Part shown: positions 52,489-56,365 of the stretch, in pieces | How the letters are laid out: each line of letters opens with the position of its first letter | Position numbering within the stretch: position 1 is the stretch's first letter | From: an uncultured Thermodesulfobacteriota bacterium | GTDB taxonomy: Bacteria; Desulfobacterota; B13-G15 | Direction: 5' to 3' | Assembly (NCBI GenBank): GCA_964525275.1 | Contig: CAZGDM010000001.1 | Span: forward strand, 1 to 56,365 | Length of the DNA: 56,365 nt | Notes under the pieces: model-generated | Told to the model about the DNA's origin: nothing | Seen by the model: the letters and a program-made list of their open reading frames with translations, nothing else | Database searches by the model: none | Program-made: the position numbers and the translations under genes

Positions 52489-53408
52489 TGGGGGTGGTCT
52501 TCATGGGGAGTGCCCCCTTCTCCCTGCCCACGCTCAAGGCCCTGGTTGAGGAGGAAGAGGTCCTCGCCGTGGTAACCCAGCCAGATCGCCCTCGAGGCAG
52601 GGGGCTCAAGCCCTCAGCCACGCCTGTCAAGGAGTGGGCCAAGGGCAGGGGGATCCCGGTGTTGCAACCCGAGGACCTCGGGGGAGAGCTGGTCGAAGAG
52701 CTCAGGCACCTCCGCCCGGAGGTCGTAGTGGTCGCCGCCTACGGAAAGATCTTGCCCAAAGAGGTTTTAAAGATCCCGCCTTTGGGTTGCATAAACGTCC
52801 ATCCCTCCCTCCTCCCCAAATACCGTGGAGCGGCTCCGGTGAACTGGGCTATAATCCGGGGGGAGAGGGAGACCGGGGTTACCACCTTTCTGATGGACGA
52901 GGGGATGGATTCCGGCCCTGTACTGCTTCAGCGGCGGGTCGAGATCCACGAGGACGAAACGGCCCCGGAGCTCCTCGCGAGACTTGCAGACCTCGGGGGC
53001 GAGTTGCTCCTGGAGACCATAAGGAGGTGGCGCAAGGGGGAACTCGTTCCCCAGCCCCAGAGGGACGAAGAGGCGACCTACGCCCCACGGCTTGAACGTT
53101 CCCACGGCCTCATAGACTGGAAAAGGAAGGCGGGAGAGATTAAGAATTTGGTCAGAGGACTTCAGCCGTGGCCATCGGCTTATACCTTTTTAAAAGGCAA
53201 ACTGCTCAAGGTCTTTCGGGCCAGGCTGGGGGATGGTAGTAGAGGAGAACCAGGGGAGGTGGTCTCCCTCAGAGGAGGCATAGAGGTGGCCTGTGGCGAG
53301 GGCTCTTTGGTGATCACGGAGCTTCAGCTCGAAGGCAGAAGGAGGATGTCCGCCGAAGAGTTCCTCCGAGGCCATCCCCTCCGGGTGGGCGATAAACTCG
53401 GTAGATGA
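52488..53408 (+). CDS. fmt: Methionyl-tRNA formyltransferase
   Basis: VVFMGSAPFSLPTL N-terminus, the HPSLLPKYRGAAP motif, and def-fmt synteny. The ATG at 52488 overlaps the def TGA by 1 nt (alternative GTG at 52485). Confidence 0.9.
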   Translation: MGVVFMGSAPFSLPTLKALVEEEEVLAVVTQPDRPRGRGLKPSATPVKEWAKGRGIPVLQPEDLGGELVEELRHLRPEVVVVAAYGKILPKEVLKIPPLGCINVHPSLLPKYRGAAPVNWAIIRGERETGVTTFLMDEGMDSGPVLLQRRVEIHEDETAPELLARLADLGGELLLETIRRWRKGELVPQPQRDEEATYAPRLERSHGLIDWKRKAGEIKNLVRGLQPWPSAYTFLKGKLLKVFRARLGDGSRGEPGEVVSLRGGIEVACGEGSLVITELQLEGRRRMSAEEFLRGHPLRVGDKLGR

Positions 53409-53424
53409 GGAGGTGGTCTGAGGG

Positions 53425-54282
53425 ATGAACCAGTTCAAGACCTTTTTGCTCATGGCCCTTTTGACCCTGCTCCTTGTATGGGTGGGGGATGTGGTGGGAG
53501 GAAGACAGGGGGCGATCTTCGCCCTGGTGATGGCAGGCGTTATGAACTTCGGCGCCTACTGGTTCAGCGACAAGATCGTCCTCAGGATGTACGGTGCGCG
53601 GGAGGTCTCCGAGGCCGAAGCCCCTGGGCTACACCGTATCGTCAGGGAGCTGGTCCAGAGGGCGGGGATGCCCATGCCGAAGGTCTACATCATCGAGTCC
53701 GACTCCCCTAATGCCTTTGCCACAGGTCGCAACCCTGAGCACGCTGCGGTGGCCGTCACCAGGGGGATCCTCAGGCTCCTGGACGAGGACGAGCTGAAGG
53801 GTGTGATCGGCCACGAGCTATCCCATATTCGCCATCGGGACATCTTGATCAGTACCATAGCCGCCACCATCGCTGGTGCCCTGAGCTATCTGGCCATGAT
53901 GGCCCGCTGGAGCCTCTTCTTCGGCGGCTTCGGTTCCGATGACGACGAGGGTGGAGGCGCCAACATCCTGGGGGTGATCCTCTTCACGACGCTTGCGGCC
54001 TTTGCCGCCATGCTGATCCAGCTGGCCATCTCCAGGGCGAGGGAGTATCTCGCCGATGAGGGGGGTGCAAGATTGGCAGGGAACCCCCTTTACCTCGCCC
54101 GAGCCCTTGCCAAGCTGGAAATGGCTTCTCGGCGCATACCCCTCCAGGCCAATCCGGCTACAGCCCATATGTTCATCGTGAACCCCCTTAAGGGAGGCGG
54201 CATTCTCACCCTCTTCAGCACCCATCCACCCATTGAGGAGCGGATCAGGCGTCTCGAAGAGATGGCCCGGGGGATGAGATAG
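53425..54282 (+). CDS. htpX: Zinc metalloprotease HtpX
   Basis: [10 protein letters not shown] zinc motif, four TM segments, and a C-terminal [10 protein letters not shown]. Confidence 0.9.
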   Translation: MNQFKTFLLMALLTLLLVWVGDVVGGRQGAIFALVMAGVMNFGAYWFSDKIVLRMYGAREVSEAEAPGLHRIVRELVQRAGMPMPKVYIIESDSPNAFATGRNPEHAAVAVTRGILRLLDEDELKGVIGHELSHIRHRDILISTIAATIAGALSYLAMMARWSLFFGGFGSDDDEGGGANILGVILFTTLAAFAAMLIQLAISRAREYLADEGGARLAGNPLYLARALAKLEMASRRIPLQANPATAHMFIVNPLKGGGILTLFSTHPPIEERIRRLEEMARGMR

Positions 54283-55623
54283 GTGGATCCGTCGAGGGAC
54301 AGGGCCCTCGAGGTCCTCATCCGCTGGGAACGAAGGGGGTCGCCTGTCGACCCCCTTTTTCATCGTCTGGTGGAGGGGGACCCCAGCCTAGACCGGCGCA
54401 GCAAGGCCTTTGCCCGTGAACTGGTGTACGGGGTGCTCAGATGGCTCAGCAAGATCGATTACGCTGTAGAGCGCTTCTCCTCCCGTCGCCTCAAGCGCCT
54501 GAACCCCGTGGTCCGCAACGCCCTACGGCTCGGGGCCTATCAGCTCTTGATGCTCGACCGGATCCCCCCATGGGCGGCGGTCTCTGAGAGCGTGGAATTG
54601 GTGAAAGCTCGGGGGGTGCCACACGCAGCGGGATTCGTCAACGCCGTCCTCAGGGCCCTGGAACGGGACAAGGACTCCCTGAGGTTTGATGCCCCAGATG
54701 AGCTCTCCAGATTGGCCTTACAGTGGGCCCATCCCCTCTGGCTCGTCAAACGATGGGTGGGGCGGTGGGGGTTGCAGGAAGCGGAGGAGCTCCTCGAGGC
54801 CTCTAACGCCATTCCTCCTTTTACCATCAGGGTCAATCCCTTGAGGAGCAATAGGGAGGAGCTCTTGGACAAGCTACAAAAGGAGGGCTTTTCCCCGAGG
54901 CCCACCCCCCATTCCCCTTGGGGGATCATCGTGGAGGAGCCGGAGGGGCTACTGGAGTCTGATGTCTTCGAAGCCGGACTTTTCCAGGTCCAGGACGAAG
55001 GGGCGCAACTGGTGAGCTGGCTCCTCACCCCTGGTCCCGGGGAGAGAATCCTCGACCTCTGTGCAGCCCCCGGTGGTAAAACCACCCACATGGCTGAGAT
55101 GATGGGCGATCGGGGCGAGATCGTGGCCGTGGACGTCAACCCACGGAAGCTCAAGTTGCTCAGGGAGAACTGCCGGAGGCTCGGCATATCCATCGTCAGG
55201 CCCCTGAGATACGACGCCCGGAGGCCGCTGCCGCTGCCAGAGAAGGGCTTTGACCGGGTACTGGTGGATGCTCCTTGTACCGGTCTCGGCGTCCTCAGGC
55301 GCAACCCGGATACCAAATGGCGGGTGAGGGAGGGGGATCCGGAACGACTGAGTCACCTTCAGCTCGAGATCCTCGAGCAGGGAGCCAAGATGGTCAGGCC
55401 GCAAGGGACGCTCCTCTACAGCACCTGCACCCTCACCGAGGAGGAGAATGAAGAGGTGGTAAAGCGGTTTCTCCAGGAGAACCCCTTTGAGCTAGCGGAT
55501 CCCCGGCCGTTCTTCCCCGAGATCCGGGACTTCTTTACCTCTGAAGGGTTTTTCCTCGCCCTTCCCCATCGCCATGGGACGGACGGTTTCTTCGCCGCCC
55601 TCTTTAGACGCCTTGAGGCTTGA
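54283..55623 (+). CDS. rsmB: 16S rRNA (cytosine967-C5)-methyltransferase
   Basis: NusB-like N-terminus, SAM motif DLCAAPGGKT, and catalytic DAPCTG and TCT Cys motifs. GTG start directly after the htpX stop. Confidence 0.85.
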   Translation: MDPSRDRALEVLIRWERRGSPVDPLFHRLVEGDPSLDRRSKAFARELVYGVLRWLSKIDYAVERFSSRRLKRLNPVVRNALRLGAYQLLMLDRIPPWAAVSESVELVKARGVPHAAGFVNAVLRALERDKDSLRFDAPDELSRLALQWAHPLWLVKRWVGRWGLQEAEELLEASNAIPPFTIRVNPLRSNREELLDKLQKEGFSPRPTPHSPWGIIVEEPEGLLESDVFEAGLFQVQDEGAQLVSWLLTPGPGERILDLCAAPGGKTTHMAEMMGDRGEIVAVDVNPRKLKLLRENCRRLGISIVRPLRYDARRPLPLPEKGFDRVLVDAPCTGLGVLRRNPDTKWRVREGDPERLSHLQLEILEQGAKMVRPQGTLLYSTCTLTEEENEEVVKRFLQENPFELADPRPFFPEIRDFFTSEGFFLALPHRHGTDGFFAALFRRLEA

Positions 55624-55692
55624 TCTCAGGTCAAATTTCGTTTTAGTCTTCGGTCCAAAAGGCCGATAATGATGACAAAAAAGGAGGTCTCC

Positions 55693-56365
55693 ATGGAGAA
55701 GACGGAATATACGGGGCTCGAGGCCCACGGCATAAAGAACGTAGCCAGGATTTACTGGCATCTGCCCACGCCCTCCCTCTACGAGGAGGCGGTACGGAGG
55801 AGGGAGGGGCTGTTGGCCCACTTGGGTCCTCTGGTGGTCAGGACGGGTCACCACACAGGTCGCTCCCCAAAGGACAAGTTCTTGGTGAGGGAGCCTGAGA
55901 CCGAGGAGAGGATCAACTGGGATGAAAACCAGGCCATGGAGCCTGAAAAGTTTCAGCTCCTCTACAATCGCCTCACGGCCTATCTCCAGTCCAGAGAGGT
56001 CTTCGTCCAGGAATGTTACTCGGGAGCCCATCCCCGGTGGCGGAGGGCCGTCAGGGTCATCACGGAGTACGCCTGGCAGAGCCTCTTCGCCCGCAACATG
56101 TTCATCCGCGAGTTGAACCGGGAGGTGTTGAAGGCCTTCGTCCCGGAGTTCACCGTGATCTGCGTGCCGCGCTTTCACGCCATCCCTGAGATCGACGGGA
56201 CCAACTCCGAGACCTTCATCATCCTCAACCTGAAAGAACGCCTGGTCCTTATCGGGGGAACCTCCTATGCAGGGGAGATCAAGAAGGCGATCTTCACCAT
56301 GATGAACTATTTCCTCCCCCTTGAGGGGGTGCTCTCGATGCACTGTTCGGCCAACGTGGGCCGCA
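55693..56365 (+). CDS. pckA: Phosphoenolpyruvate carboxykinase (ATP), 5' partial (runs off the window)
   Basis: My own translation from the ATG at 55693 (AAGGAGG 5 nt upstream): MEKTEYTGLEAHGIKN...GHHTGRSPKDKF...LIGGTSYAGEIKKAIFTMMNYFLPLEGVLSMHCSANVG. This matches PckA hallmark motifs, and the frame has no stop to the window end. It is missing from the ORF track because the frame is open-ended. Confidence 0.85.
   Translation, partial: MEKTEYTGLEAHGIKNVARIYWHLPTPSLYEEAVRRREGLLAHLGPLVVRTGHHTGRSPKDKFLVREPETEERINWDENQAMEPEKFQLLYNRLTAYLQSREVFVQECYSGAHPRWRRAVRVITEYAWQSLFARNMFIRELNREVLKAFVPEFTVICVPRFHAIPEIDGTNSETFIILNLKERLVLIGGTSYAGEIKKAIFTMMNYFLPLEGVLSMHCSANVGR

Noticed and set aside
55492-56343. 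A 283-aa minus-strand ORF, the only track entry covering the right end of the window.
   Set aside because: The + strand frame from the ATG at 55693 translates into an obvious ATP-dependent PEP carboxykinase (GRSPKDKF, MHCSANVG) and stays open to the window edge. The minus ORF is its antisense shadow.
1-56365. A search by eye for CRISPR arrays, rRNA or tRNA genes, IS elements and transposase or integrase genes.
   Set aside because: Nothing was found. Coding density is near 100%, and the few intergenic spacers (all under 200 nt) are accounted for by promoters and hairpins. A covariance-model scan would be needed to exclude small ncRNAs.

Overview
This is a 56.4-kb window from a compact, almost fully coding bacterial chromosome. 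Hand counts put the GC content at about 55-62% outside one island. Proteins are rich in E/K/R/L, there are two 2-oxoacid:ferredoxin oxidoreductase loci, and the pilB-pilT-pilC-pilS-pilR order resembles Geobacter and Myxococcus. Together these suggest an anaerobic, probably thermophilic bacterium, but the taxon cannot be assigned from sequence alone. All functional calls come from motif and family recognition by eye; no database search was possible.

Layout:
- (1) 446-6928 is a low-GC accessory island. It encodes a small secreted protein, a 1197-aa PilY1-like vWA/propeller protein and four prepilin-type minor pilins. A truncated ORF lies on its left edge and the rlmI stop codon on its right edge.
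- (2) rlmI and a COG1373-type AAA ATPase.
- (3) A GntR-led locus combining a 3-subunit 2-oxoacid:ferredoxin oxidoreductase, a GltD/NfnB-like NAD(P)H flavoprotein, a ferredoxin and a TctCBA transporter.
- (4) A TPR protein, an unknown protein and an FmdB zinc-ribbon protein, convergent with two tandem radical-SAM paralogs that carry a CX4CX2C motif and sit in a ruvX-mltG operon.
- (5) ybaB-recR and porGDAB.
- (6) A long minus-strand housekeeping operon running from nadK to a DUF3786-like gene.
- (7) TAXI-TRAP transporter, miaA-hfq-scpB-rluB.
- (8) The pilBTCSR operon.
- (9) ileS-lspA-lgt-def-fmt-htpX-rsmB and a 5' partial pckA that runs off the window and is absent from the ORF track.

The most interesting signals are:
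- the compositional mosaic inside the pilY1-like gene;
- the NAD(P)-linked oxidoreductase module;
- the radical-SAM pair;
- two G-rich hairpins that sequester the ribosome-binding sites of transporter membrane subunits.

No rRNA, tRNA, CRISPR array, IS element or integrase was seen.
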